A stretch of 64,000 bases of DNA from an uncultured Actinomycetes bacterium (GCA_963706005.1 CAVPLL010000010.1:251670-315669), one strand, 5' to 3'. Counted from the stretch's first letter, positions 36,475 to 48,129 are shown. The notes: a model not told the origin generated them from the letters alone. Made by a program: numbers and translations.

Positions 36475-37173
36475 TCAGAGGCCCCGTTCGAACTCGAGGT
36501 CGATCGAGGCCCGCAAGCCCTCTTCGCCGACATCGGTGAGATCGACCGCACGGCCGGACCCACGGCGAGCGACCCATCCGAGTTCGAACAGCCGGTCGCA
36601 CAGCTCGGCGCCGAGGGCTCCGGCGAGGTGCGATCGACGCTCGGTCCAGTCCTGACACGCGAGCGCGAACGCCCGGCGCCGCCGTCGCGCGCCGTCGACG
36701 TCGACACCGATCGAGCCGAGGAGGCGCTCGCCGGTGCGGGTCACGACGAACGCCCCGTCCCGGTTCCGCATGGCCCGGCGCGTGACCAGCGCTTCGGTGA
36801 CGGCGACGCCGAGCCGGCCGGCCAGGTGGTCGTAGCAGGTGCGCCCCTGTCGCAGTCGGCGGATCGCAGAGACCGAACGCAGCGAGGAGACGGGCCGCCG
36901 GGGAGCGACGACCGCGATCGCCTCGATGGCCCGCGCCACCTCCGGACGCGAGAGCCGGTACCGTCGCTGCCGTCCGCTCGGCTCGGCCACGACCAGCCCC
37001 GCCTCGACGAGCGCCGCGAGATGGCCGCTCGCCGTCGAGAGCGCGACGCCGGCCTCACGAGCCAGCTCACCGGCCGGATGGGCGCGACCGTCCATCAGCA
37101 GGTCGAGCATCGCCGTTCGGGCCGGGCTGGACAGCACCCGTCCGACGGCGGCGACGTCCGCCTCGGAATCCAT
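36475..37173 (-). CDS. ArsR-family transcriptional regulator with C-terminal extension
   Basis: LSSPARTAMLDLL...ELAREAGVALSTASGHLAAL winged-helix region. Confidence 0.8.
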   Translation of the reverse strand: MDSEADVAAVGRVLSSPARTAMLDLLMDGRAHPAGELAREAGVALSTASGHLAALVEAGLVVAEPSGRQRRYRLSRPEVARAIEAIAVVAPRRPVSSLRSVSAIRRLRQGRTCYDHLAGRLGVAVTEALVTRRAMRNRDGAFVVTRTGERLLGSIGVDVDGARRRRRAFALACQDWTERRSHLAGALGAELCDRLFELGWVARRGSGRAVDLTDVGEEGLRASIDLEFERGL

Positions 37174-37179
37174 AGTTCG

Positions 37180-37185
37180 ATGATA
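37180..37185 (-). promoter_or_regulatory. Putative -10 box TATCAT, 6 nt upstream of ATG 37173 (leaderless-type)
   Basis: TAnnnT-N6-ATG geometry. Confidence 0.4.
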
Positions 37186-37242
37186 GCCGAATCGTCCTTG
37201 TCATACCCTGGATCGCGATCCGACACGGATGGGAGGTGCACG

Positions 37243-37737
37243 ATGGCCGACGAGCGACCGGAGGTCGACGAGCGCGATCCCGCGGATGCGGTGGCGCAGA
37301 TGGTGGCGCACGTCCTGGAGCTGGCCGAGACCTGGGGCGGGTGGGACGGACGCCCGGTCCCGATCGACGACCGCGTGTACACGCCGCACAAGGCGATCCG
37401 CCGCACGGCGGACCACCTGCTCGATCACCTCGCGCAGCTCGAGGCCCACAGCGCCTGCGTCGAGCCGTTGCCCGACCGCTGGCACGGGTCCGCGGTCACG
37501 ACCGCCTCGGACCTGGCCCCGTTCGGGCCGCAGGATCTCGAGGAGGCGAGGAGCCGGCTCGAGCGGCTCGCCCAACTGTGGCGGCTCCGCCTCGCCGCGA
37601 TCGCGCCGGACGAACTCGACCGGGCCGAGGGCGATGCCTACACGCCGCGCGAGATGGCGTTCTGCGCGGCCGGATCCACGTACTACGCTGACGCCGTCGG
37701 TGCGCTCCCCGGTGTTACGAGCGGCCTCGCCGGGTGA
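37243..37737 (+). CDS. DinB-family protein
   Basis: HKAIRRTADHLLDHLAQLE His motifs. GGGAGG SD. Confidence 0.65.
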   Translation: MADERPEVDERDPADAVAQMVAHVLELAETWGGWDGRPVPIDDRVYTPHKAIRRTADHLLDHLAQLEAHSACVEPLPDRWHGSAVTTASDLAPFGPQDLEEARSRLERLAQLWRLRLAAIAPDELDRAEGDAYTPREMAFCAAGSTYYADAVGALPGVTSGLAG

Positions 37738-37746
37738 ATAGGGGTC

Positions 37747-39134
37747 TCACGTGTGGCTGAAGCCCGGCTTCGCCGTTCGCCGGGGCGGGTTCTCGGCGAG
37801 GTAGTCGGTGGCTTCGCGCAGCTCGGCGATCAGCGCGTCGGCCAGGTCCCAGCTGAAGCCCTCGCGCACCACGACGCGCATGACGGCGACGTCCGTCGCG
37901 TCGTCGGGCATCGTGTAGGCGGGCACCTGCCATCCGCCGGTCCGAAGCCGCTCCGAGACGTCGAAGACCGTGTACGGGGTCCCCGCCTTCAGCGCGAACG
38001 CGAGCACCGGCGTCTGCGAGCCGTCGCTCACGAGCTCGAACGGCCCCATCTCGGCGATCCGACCCGACACATGCACCGCGAGGTCCCGCAGGCTCTCCAT
38101 CACGCGCCGGTACCCGTCCCGGCCGAGCCGCAGGAAGTTGTAGTACTGCCCGACGATCTGGTTGCCGGGGCGCGAGAAGTTGAGCGTGAACGTCGGCATG
38201 TCGCCACCGAGGTAGTTGACGTGGAACACGAGATCCTCGGGCAGGTCCTCGAGCGCGCGCCACACCACGAACCCGATACCCGGATAGACGAGCCCGTACT
38301 TGTGACCCGAGACGTTGATCGACTTCACCATCGGCAGCCGGAAGTCCCAGCGCAGATCCGCGTGCAGGAACGGCGCCACGAAGCCGCCGCTCGCCGCATC
38401 AACGTGCACCGGCACGTCGAAGCCGGTCTCGGTGTTGCTCGCGACCACGGCGTCGTGGATCGCCTCGATCGGCTCGAACTCGCCCGTGTACGTCGTGCCG
38501 AGGATCGCTACGACGCCGATCGTGTTCTCGTCGATGCGTTCGACGGCCTCCTCGCGGTGAGATGACATAGCGTCCCTTGTGCACCGGGATGTAGCGCGCC
38601 TCGACGTCCCAGTAGCGACAGAACTTCTCCCACACGACCTGCACGTTGGAGCCGAGGATCAGGTTCGGACGGTCGGTCGGTTCACCCGGCCGCGGACCGG
38701 CGCGCCCGCCATCGCCACTTCAGCGCCAGCCCGGCGAGCATCACCGCCTCGCTCGAGCCGATCGTGGAGGCGCCGACGGCGTCGCTGTCCTCGGGCGCGT
38801 GGAACAGGTGGGCGACCATGTTCACGCAGCGGCGCTCGATCTCGGCGGTCTGCGGGTACTCGTCCTTGTCGATCATGTTCTTGTCGAACGCCTCGGCCAT
38901 GAGGCGATCGGCCTCGGGTTCCATCCACGTCGTCACGAACGTCGCCAGGTTCAGCCGCGAGCTCCCGTCCAGCAGCAGCTCGTCGTGGATCAGCCGGTAG
39001 ACGGCGTCAGGCCGCGCGCCGTGCTCGGGCATCGTGAACTTCGGGATCGGCTCGAGGTCCAGGCGCTGCGTGTACGCGGGGGCGACGTCGGTGCCCGCCT
39101 CGGGGTCGTTCGGTGGGACCCGCAGATGGACCAT
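37747..39134 (-). pseudogene. gadB: Glutamate decarboxylase, disrupted by two 1-nt indels (about 38684 and about 38560)
   Basis: Three pieces in three frames: MVHLRVPP...LALKWRWRARRSAAG* , then QVVWEKFCRYWDVEARYIPVHKGRYV, then ...DENTIGVVAILGTTYTGEF...NVSGHKYGLVYPGIG (PLP lysine). GAGGAGG SD before ATG 39134. Confidence 0.85.
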
Positions 39135-39643
39135 CGTTCCTCCTCGGGAAGGGACCTGCCTCGGACGGGCCTGCCGAGCCGGGATCGCCGGCATCATCCC
39201 AGGCCCCGAGTGGCTCCGCGCGCGACCGAACGGACACTCGAACCCGGTAGACTCGTCGGAGCCGCCACCTCCGCATGGAGAAGGTTCTCCGACGGGGGAT
39301 CGGCGTGCACGATCCCAACCTCATCGCTGGTCCCAGCGACGGCTCGGTCCCCGGCACGTCCGGATCCGATCTCGGCTCGCGTTGGTCCCGGAACGATCAG
39401 GCCACGAACACGAGCAGGAGGAGATCGCGAGATGGAACACGCCCGCATCGAGACGCCGGTCGACGGCACGACGCCCTACGCAGCCCGAGGGACGGAGGTC
39501 GACGACTCTGAGGACGGCTCGCCCCCCGTACGGCGCACGACACAGGGTCCACAACGGTGGATCGAGCGACCGCACCCGAAGATGTCCTAGGCGTACCTGG
39601 CCGGCCGCCGGTCCCCCGGCCCACGGTGTTCTTCGAACGATGT

Positions 39644-39665
39644 CCGATATCGATCTCGATATCGG
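39644..39665. promoter_or_regulatory. Perfect 22-bp palindrome CCGATATCGATCTCGATATCGG (operator-like)
   Basis: Read directly. It is the partner of the site at 9163..9184. Confidence 0.4.
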
Positions 39666-39713
39666 CCGTTCATCGAGCGGGCCCCCACGCCGGCCTCCTC
39701 GCAGTGGGCTCGG

Positions 39714-40652
39714 TCAGAGCTCTCGGATCTCGGCTCGCGCCGCGAGGGCTTCGGCCCTCGCGGCCTCGAGCGTTCCGGCGCCGGGAAGCTCGGCGTTCGC
39801 GGCCGCCGCGCCGAGGGCGAGGCGGAGCGCGGCCGGCCAGTCGTCGCCGCGTTCGAGCCCCACGACCAGGCCCGCGAGGAACGCGTCGCCGCTCCCGACC
39901 GGGTAGCGGCCCCGCTCGTAGAGCATCCCCTCGTACCGGGCGCCGTCGGGCGCGGCGACCACCACCCCGTCCGCCCCCCGGGTGACGATCCCGGCGTGGC
40001 CGTCGCCGCCGGCGAGCTCCCGGAGCTTCGTGCACGCGGCGAGCGCGTTCCCGTGACCGTCCGCGGGCGTGCCGAGCAGGCCCGCCGCCTCCGCGACGTT
40101 CACCTTCACGATCTCGGGTCCGGTCTCCAACGCGAGACGCAGGGGTTCGCCCGCGGCGTCGAGCGCCACCCGCACATCCGCCGCCCGTGCCTCCGCTACC
40201 AGGTCTCGGTACCCGTCGTCGGGGAGCCCCGCGGGCATCGATCCCGAGATCGTGAGCCAGGCACGGGGTCCGAACAGCCCGCTCGCGGCCTCCACGAGCT
40301 CGGCCCACGCGGCCTCCGGCGCGACCGGACCGCGCTCGTAGAACTCCGTGAGGGTGCCCTCGTGGCGATCGGCGACCGACAGGGACGACCGGCTCTCGCC
40401 GTGGGTCCAGACGAACGCGCCGCCGATCCCCTCGGCCTTCAGTGCCTCCTCGAGCCACCTGCCCGCGTGCCCCCGCAGGATCGCCGCGACCCGAACGTCG
40501 GCGCCCAGGCGCCGTGCGGCGCGCGCCGCGTTCAGTCCCTTGCCACCGGCGACCTGGACGAACCCGATCGGGCGGTGGATCGCGCCCTCGACGAGCCGTC
40601 GGACCTCGAACAGCTTGTCGATCGAGGGGTTCGCGGCTACGCAGACGATCAC
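39714..40652 (-). CDS. pfkB-family hexose-phosphate kinase (1-phosphofructokinase/tagatose-6-P kinase-like)
   Basis: NPSIDK, GGKGLN and C-terminal VGSGDAFLAGL. Confidence 0.85.
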   Translation of the reverse strand: MIVCVAANPSIDKLFEVRRLVEGAIHRPIGFVQVAGGKGLNAARAARRLGADVRVAAILRGHAGRWLEEALKAEGIGGAFVWTHGESRSSLSVADRHEGTLTEFYERGPVAPEAAWAELVEAASGLFGPRAWLTISGSMPAGLPDDGYRDLVAEARAADVRVALDAAGEPLRLALETGPEIVKVNVAEAAGLLGTPADGHGNALAACTKLRELAGGDGHAGIVTRGADGVVVAAPDGARYEGMLYERGRYPVGSGDAFLAGLVVGLERGDDWPAALRLALGAAAANAELPGAGTLEAARAEALAARAEIREL

Positions 40653-40659
40653 GCGGGCA

Positions 40660-40665
40660 ACGTTA
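40660..40665 (-). promoter_or_regulatory. Putative -10 box TAACGT, 7 nt upstream of GTG 40652 (leaderless-type)
   Basis: TAnnnT-N7-GTG geometry. Confidence 0.35.
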
Positions 40666-40711
40666 CCCGTCGAGGTCGACGCTCCGCTCGGCCGGCTGCC
40701 AGACTCGCGGC

Positions 40712-42027
40712 GTGTCGAAGGTCACGATCATCGGCGCGGGCAGCGTCGAGTTCACGAGGGGCATCGTCGCCGACCTGTGCGCGTACGAGGAGCTGCAGGG
40801 ATCGCTGGAGTTCGCGCTGCACGACATCGACGGCGATCGTCTCGCGTACGCGGACCGGGCGGCCGGACAGCTCGTCGAGCGGCTCGGCGCGGGGTACGCC
40901 GTGTCGGCCCACGAGCAGCGGGCGCCCGCGTTCGACGGCGCCGACTACCTGATCAACGAGATCCAGGTCGGTGGCTACCCCGCGACGCGGACCGACTTCG
41001 ACGTCCCGAGACGTACGGGCTGCGCCAGACGATCGCCGACACGATCGGTATCGGCGGCATCATGCGCGGTCTCCGCACGATCCCCGTGATGATCGACATG
41101 GCCGACGAGATGGTCGAGCTGTGCCCCGACGGCCTCCTGCTCAACTACACGAACCCGATGGCCATGGTGCCGTGGGGGATCTGGAGCGGCTCGCGCTGGC
41201 CCGCGTCGAACGCGTCGGCGTGTGCCACAGCGTCCGCGACACGCACGCGTTCCTCGCCCGGACGGTGGGCGTGCCGCAGGAGCGGGTCGAGTTCCGCACG
41301 GCAGGGTTCAACCACCAGTGCTTCGTCTACGTCTTCCGCGACCGCGAGACGGGCGAGGACCTGTACCCGCGCCTGCGCGCGATCGTCGAGGCCGATCCCG
41401 ACGGACTCGGGCGGCGGGTCCGCGTCGAGATCTTCCGGCGCTTCGGGTACTTCCCCACCGAATCCTCGGAGCACAGCGCCGAGTACGTGCCCTGGTTCCT
41501 GCACCACGACGACCAGGTCGCGCGGTTCCGGCTCGAGATCGACGAGTACGTCCGGCGCGAGCGACGAGAACCTCGCGGAGTGGGAGGAGCTGAAGGCGCG
41601 CCTCGATGCCGGCGAGGAGCTCGAGGTCGAGCGGAACGACGAGCTCGCGTAGCAGTTCGTCGGGCGCTCGAGACCGGCGACGCCGACCGAGCTGTACGGG
41701 AACGTCCGCAACGACGCGCTGATCGACGGCCTCCCCGACGACGCGTGCGTCGAGGTGCCGGTGACCGCGTCGCCGACGGCGTCGCAGCCCGCAGCGGATC
41801 GGCGCGATCCCACCGCAGTGCCTGGCGCTCAACCGCACGTTCCTGAACGTCGTGGAGCTCACGGTCCGTGCGGTGCTCGAGGGCTCCCGCGACCTCGTCT
41901 ATCAGGCCGCGCTCGTGGACCCGAACACGGCCGCGACGCTGACGACGTCGAGCAGATCGCCGCGATGGTCGACGACCTGCTCGACGCCCACGGGGACCTG
42001 ATCCCCGAATCGATCCGGCGGGGCTGA
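40712..42027 (+). pseudogene. GH4-family glycosidase (alpha-glucosidase/galactosidase-like), at least 7 frameshifts plus an in-frame TAG
   Basis: Family-typical segments jump between all three frames: KVTIIGAGSVEF, then YGLRQTIADTIGIGGIMRGLRTIP...LNYTNPMAMV, then VGVCHSV...FNHQCF...PTESSEHSAEYVPWF, then LYGNVRNDALIDGLPDDACVEVPV, then IPPQCLALNRTFLNVVELTV, then IAAMVDDLLDAH. Confidence 0.8.
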
Positions 42028-42031
42028 ACCC

Positions 42032-42814
42032 TCACGGCCCCGCCTGACGCGACGGTGACGGCGATCCCGGCCTCGGTGAGCCCCCGGATCGTCGCCGCGG
42101 GGCCTCCTCGTCGGTGATCAGCTCGTGCGACCGCGTCGATCGGCAGATGCGCGCGAAGGCCACACGGCCGACCTTCGAGCGGTCGGCGACCACGACGACG
42201 TGGCGCGCGCGCTCGATCAGCGTCGCGGTTGGTGTGCGCCTCGACCTCGTGATGCGTCGTGCAGCCGGCGTCGCAGCGCGATGCCGTCGACACCGACGAA
42301 CGCGACGTCGAGGTTGCAGCCCTCGAGCGCCTGCTCGGCCATCGGACCGACCAGCTCGTACGACTCGGGGCGCGCCGTGCCGCCCGTGACGACGAGCTTC
42401 AGGTTCGGGCGGATCGCGAGCTCGCCGGCGATGTTGAGCGCGTTCGTCACGACGGTCAGGTGCTCGCGATCGACCAGGATCGCCCGCGCGACCTCCGTGC
42501 ACGTCGTGCCGCCGGTCAGGCCGACGACCATGCCATCGGCCACGCGGGCCGCGGCGGCGCCGCGGCGATCCGCCGCTTCTCCTGCCTGGTGCCGCGCGGC
42601 CTTGTAGCGCAGCGGGAGCTCGTAGAGGACGCCGTGCGCCACGGCGCCGCCGTGCGTGCGTGTGAGCAGCCGCTGCTCCTCGAGCGAGCTGGAGGTCGCG
42701 GCGGATCGTCGCGGCCGAGACGCGCGAGCCGCTCGACCAGCGTCGGCGACGCCGACCGTGCCCTCGGCCGAGATCGCCTCGAGGATCGACCGCCAGCCGC
42801 TCCGCCTGGCGCAT
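42032..42814 (-). pseudogene. DeoR-family transcriptional regulator, at least 4 frameshifts (locally one per about 50 nt)
   Basis: Fragments in different frames: MRQAERL, ILEAISAEGTVGVAD, LVERL, VSAATIRRDLQL, AVAHGVLYELPLRYKAARHQA, DGMVVGLTGGTTCTEVA...VVTNALNIA, THHEVEAHTN, LIERARHVVVVADRSKVGRVAFARI. The exact 3' end is uncertain. Confidence 0.7.
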
Positions 42815-42865
42815 GGCGCAGCACGAGCATACGCCCCCTGATGCGTGATTCCGTTGCATGTTGCC

Positions 42866-42895
42866 TTGACCTAATGCTGGATCGCGCACTAGCTT
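42866..42895 (+). promoter_or_regulatory. Sigma-70-type promoter TTGACC-N18-TAGCTT, with the -10 box 9 nt upstream of ATG 42905
   Basis: Both hexamers were read in the comparatively AT-rich 90-bp divergent region between the DeoR and SIS genes. Confidence 0.5.
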
Positions 42896-42904
42896 TGGCT
42901 TGGG

Positions 42905-43786
42905 ATGAGCGCAATCGCGCAAGAGGTGGCAAGCCAGCCCTCGCTGTGGCGACGCGCCGCCGAGCTCGCGACCGTCGCCGGGGGACGAGCTCCCGGGGAC
43001 GGGCGAGCGGGTCGCGGCCGTCGGCTGCGGCACATCGTGGTTATGGCTCGGCGTACGCCGCGCTCCGGGAGGCGAGCGGCCGCGGGTGAGACCGACGCCT
43101 TCACCGCCTCCGAGTTCCCGGACGCCCGCCGTTACGACCGCGTCGTGGCGATCAGCCGGAGCGGCACGACCACCGAGGTCATCAAGCTCCTCGAGGGGAT
43201 CCGCGACCGACACGTCCCGAGACGGCGATCACCGCGGATGCCGGTTCGCCGGTCGCCGCGCTCGCCGACGCGACGATCGTCCTGGACTTCGCGGACGAGC
43301 GCTCGGTCGTGCAGACGCGGTTCGCGACGTCGGCGCTCGCGCTGCTCCGAGCGCACCTCGGCCAGGACCTCGGCCCGGCGATCGCCGACGGCGATCGCGC
43401 CCTGACCCAGCACCTCGAGCCCGAGCCGACCGGGTTCGACCACTTCGTCTTCCTCGGGCACGGCTGGACCGTCGGGGTCGCCGAGGAGGCCGCTCTCAAG
43501 CTCCGGGAGGCGACACAGACGTACAGCGAGGCGTACCCCGCCATGGAATACCGACACGGCCCCATCAGCCTCGCCGGCGAACGCTCGCTCGTGTGGATCC
43601 TCGGCTCGCCCGATCCGGCGGTCGCGGACGACGTCGCCGCGACCGGCGCCACCGTGCGCCTGGCTTCGCTCGACCCGATGGCCGAGCTGATCCTCGTGCA
43701 CCGCATGGCGGTCGCGCTCGCCGAGGCCAAGCGGGCTGGACCCCGATCATCCCGTGCACCTGACGCGCTCGGTGGTGCTGCCATGA
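42905..43786 (+). pseudogene. SIS-domain sugar-phosphate isomerase/deaminase-like (AgaS/GlmS-C-like), at least 5 frameshifts
   Basis: Fragments: MSAIAQEVASQPSLW, VAAVGCGTSW, YAALREASG, RVVAISRSGTTTEV, VVQTRFATSALALL...AALKLREA...EYRHGPISL, and the true end GLDPDHPVHLTRSVVLP* (TGA 43784..43786). Confidence 0.75.
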
Positions 43787-43826
43787 CGAAGCCCCGTTCC
43801 CGATCCCCCGACCGGAGGTGTTCCCG

Positions 43827-45122
43827 ATGAGACGACGAGTGTTGGTGCTGCTCGCCGCGCTTGGCCTGCTGGCGAGCGCGTGCACGGGAGGTAACGACAA
43901 CGGGGGTTCGCCGAGCGGTGGGACCACGTCCGGCCCCGTCACGCTCACGTTCTGGCACGGCTACACGGACGTGGAGGCCGACTGGATGAACGCCGCCATC
44001 GACACCTGGAACTCGGAGAACCCCGACGTCCAGATCCAGCCGCTATTCGTCAACAACGACAAGGCGCTGCAGAAGCTCACCGTGGCCCTGCAGGGCGGCG
44101 AGCCGCCGGACATCACGTACCAGTTCGGTTCGTCCCTGCCGGAGGTGGCGACGGCGCCCGGTCTGGTCGACCTCACCGCATGGACCCAGCAGCCGGACGT
44201 GGACTGGGAGGACTTCGTCCCCGGGGCCCGGGAGGCCGCGACCTTCGAGGGGAAGGTCCTGGGCGTGCCCGCGCTGGTCGACAACCTGGCCATCGTCTAC
44301 AACAAGACGCTGTTCGACGAGGCGGGGCTCGAGTACCCGAACGACCAGTGGACGTGGGACGACCTGCGGACCGCCGCGAAGGCCCTCACCGATCCCGCGA
44401 AGAAGCAGTTCGGGTTCTCGTATCCGATGGACGCCTCCGAGGACTCCGTCTGGCACTACGAGCCGCTCCTGTGGCAGAACGGCGGCTCGATCCTGAACCA
44501 GGACAACACCCAGGCGGCCTTCAACTCGCCCGAGGGTGTCGAGGCGCTCGACGTCCTGCGGGGGATGGCTGTCGACGACAGGTCGGTCTTCCTCGACCTG
44601 CAGAACTCGCCGTACACGGGGCTGTTCAACAGCGGCAAGATCGGGATGCTCGAGACCGGACCGTGGGACCTGCAGAGCTTCCCGGACGTCGACTACGGCG
44701 TCGAGATCCTGCCCGGGTTCAACGGGGACCACCAGACGATCGCCGGGCCCGACATGTGGACCGTGTTCGACAACGGCGGGGGACGGGCGCAGGCGGCGCT
44801 CGAGTTCCTCCAGTGGCTGACCGACCCCGAACAGATGAAGCAGGAGGACCTGGCGACGGGCCACCTGCCGATCCGGCTCTCGGTCGCGCAAGATGCAGGC
44901 TTCATCAAGGACTTCGCGAAGACGATCCCCGGGGTCGACGTCTTCGCGGCGAACCTGGCGAACGTCGAGCAGGCCCGGCCGGTCATCGAGGCGTACCCGA
45001 CGCTGATCTCCGAGGCGATGGGGCTCGCGATCGTGGCGGCCCTGCTGGGCGAGAAGGACTCGAAGACCGCGCTCGACGAGGCGGCCGCGCAGACGAACGA
45101 TGCCCTGGCGCTCGCCGGGTAG
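43827..45122 (+). CDS. Sugar ABC transporter substrate-binding lipoprotein (CUT1 family)
   Basis: Lipobox LLASAC, LTFWHGYT, 431 aa. GGAGG SD before ATG 43827. Confidence 0.85.
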   Translation: MRRRVLVLLAALGLLASACTGGNDNGGSPSGGTTSGPVTLTFWHGYTDVEADWMNAAIDTWNSENPDVQIQPLFVNNDKALQKLTVALQGGEPPDITYQFGSSLPEVATAPGLVDLTAWTQQPDVDWEDFVPGAREAATFEGKVLGVPALVDNLAIVYNKTLFDEAGLEYPNDQWTWDDLRTAAKALTDPAKKQFGFSYPMDASEDSVWHYEPLLWQNGGSILNQDNTQAAFNSPEGVEALDVLRGMAVDDRSVFLDLQNSPYTGLFNSGKIGMLETGPWDLQSFPDVDYGVEILPGFNGDHQTIAGPDMWTVFDNGGGRAQAALEFLQWLTDPEQMKQEDLATGHLPIRLSVAQDAGFIKDFAKTIPGVDVFAANLANVEQARPVIEAYPTLISEAMGLAIVAALLGEKDSKTALDEAAAQTNDALALAG

Positions 45123-45171
45123 GCTGCGACCTGACCGGCGGGAGGCGACGCCAAGAGGTCACGGAGGACGG

Positions 45172-46080
45172 GTGGATCGGTTTCGGCGGTTCCTGGTCTC
45201 CGATCACGCCGCCGGCTGGGCGTTCATCCTGCCCTCGGTGATCCTGATCGTCGTCTTCGGGGTCATCCCCATCCTGTGGGGGTTGATCCTGTCCTTCCAG
45301 AAGGCGGGGCTGATCTCGCCGGAGCGCGAGTGGGTTGGGTTCGAGAACTACGCGCGCATCGCGAGCGACCCCAAGGCGCGGCAGGCGGCCGTCAACACGA
45401 TCTACTACACGGTGCTGTTCGTGCCGACCTCGATCTTCGCCTCCCTGTTCATCGCGCACGCGCTGAACCGCAAGATCGCGTTCGTGCGCTTCTACCGGCT
45501 CGCGGTGTTCATCCCGGTCGTCACGTCCACGATCGCCACGGGGATCATGTTCCTGTGGCTGTTCGACCGGAACTACGGCCTGGCCAACTGGCTGCTCGGC
45601 AAGTTCGGGGTCGGACCGTTCGGCTTCTTCGAGGAGCCGAGCCAGGCCATGATCGCGTTGGTCCTCATGACCGTGTGGGGATGGCTGGGCTTCGACACGA
45701 TCATCTACCTCGCCGCGTTGCAGGGCGTGCCCCAAGAGATGCTCGAGGCGGCGGCGATCGACGGTTCGAGCCGGTGGAGCACGTTCTGGCGCGTCACGTG
45801 GCCGATGCTCGGCCCGGCGACGCTGCTGCTCGTCGTGTGGTCGACGATCAGCGCGCTCCAGCTGTTCGACGAGGTGTTCTTCGTGACCCACGGCGGGCCG
45901 CTCGGCCGGACGTCGGTCGTCGTGTTCTACGTCTATCGTCTGGCGTTCGAACAGGGTCTCGGCAGCCTGTCGCTCGCGGGGTACGCCGCCGCGATCGCGT
46001 ACGTGCTCTTCCTCGTCATCCTGGTGCTCACGCTCGCCCAGTTCTGGCTGGGTCGTCGGGTCGTCCACTACTCCTCATGA
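45172..46080 (+). CDS. Sugar ABC transporter permease (MalF-like)
   Basis: Six TM segments. EAA loop LEAAAIDGSSRWSTFWRVTWPML. GTG with GGAGG SD. Confidence 0.85.
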   Translation: MDRFRRFLVSDHAAGWAFILPSVILIVVFGVIPILWGLILSFQKAGLISPEREWVGFENYARIASDPKARQAAVNTIYYTVLFVPTSIFASLFIAHALNRKIAFVRFYRLAVFIPVVTSTIATGIMFLWLFDRNYGLANWLLGKFGVGPFGFFEEPSQAMIALVLMTVWGWLGFDTIIYLAALQGVPQEMLEAAAIDGSSRWSTFWRVTWPMLGPATLLLVVWSTISALQLFDEVFFVTHGGPLGRTSVVVFYVYRLAFEQGLGSLSLAGYAAAIAYVLFLVILVLTLAQFWLGRRVVHYSS

Positions 46081-46988
46081 GCGCCGTCACCGAGGCCCCC
46101 GTCGTCGCAACCCGGCCCCATCCGCGGTCGCTCCGCGGCGAGACCGGGATGGTCGAGCGCCCACGCCGCCGCTTCATCCCGTTCGACCCGTGGCACCTGT
46201 TCCTCGTCCCGCTCGCCGCCGTGATGCTGCTGCCGTTGGTGTGGATGGTGGTGACCTCGCTCGAGACCGAGGCGCAGACCTTCCACTTCCCGCCGATCCT
46301 GTGGCCGGGGACCCTGCGGTTCGGCAACTACGCCGAGGTGCTCCGTCAGTCCGCGTTCGGGAGGTGGTTCTGGAACACCACCATCGTGACCGTCGCCGTC
46401 GTCGCGAGCAACCTCGTCCTGTGCACGCTCGCGGCCTACGCGTTCGCCCGGATCCGGTTCCTCGGGCGCGGGTTCGTGTACTTCCTGATCCTGGCCACGT
46501 TGATGGTGCCGCTGCAGGTCGTGCTGATCCCCACGTTCCTGATCGTGAAGGACCTCGGGCTGCTCGATCGCCTCGGCGCGCTCGTCGTGCCGAACCTGGT
46601 CAACGTGTTCGGCATCTTCCTGCTCACGCAGTTCTTCCGAACGCTGCCGATCGAGCTCGAGGAGGCGGCGCGGATCGACGGCGCCTCACGGCTGTCGATC
46701 CTGCTGCGGATCGTCGTCCCGCTCTCGCTGCCGGCGCTCGCGACGCTCGCGGTGATCCAGTTCCTGTGGACGTGGAACGATTTCCTGTGGCCGCTCGTCA
46801 CGATCTTGACGAACCAGGACGCGTTCACGCTGCAGCTCGGGCTCGCCACCTTCCAGGGATCCCACAACACGCAGTGGCACCTGGTCGCGGCGGCCAACAT
46901 CATGTCGATGGTGCCGATGATCGTCCTGTTCCTGCTCGCGCAGCGGTACTTCGTCCGCGGCATCGCCACCCAGGGATTGAAGGGTTAG
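46077..46988 (+). CDS. Sugar ABC transporter permease (MalG-like)
   Basis: EEAARIDGASRLSILLRIVVPLS. ATGA overlap with the previous gene. Confidence 0.85.
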   Translation: MSAVTEAPVVATRPHPRSLRGETGMVERPRRRFIPFDPWHLFLVPLAAVMLLPLVWMVVTSLETEAQTFHFPPILWPGTLRFGNYAEVLRQSAFGRWFWNTTIVTVAVVASNLVLCTLAAYAFARIRFLGRGFVYFLILATLMVPLQVVLIPTFLIVKDLGLLDRLGALVVPNLVNVFGIFLLTQFFRTLPIELEEAARIDGASRLSILLRIVVPLSLPALATLAVIQFLWTWNDFLWPLVTILTNQDAFTLQLGLATFQGSHNTQWHLVAAANIMSMVPMIVLFLLAQRYFVRGIATQGLKG

Positions 46989-46992
46989 CGCG

Positions 46993-48125
<1,133 letters not shown>

Positions 48126-48129
<4 letters not shown>

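Noticed and set aside
39644-39665. Rho-independent terminator for the pfkB kinase
   Set aside because: A perfect 10-2-10 palindrome leaves only a 2-nt loop, the stem core is AT-rich, and there is no T-tract. A near-identical copy sits in a promoter region at 9163. A protein-binding site is the better explanation.
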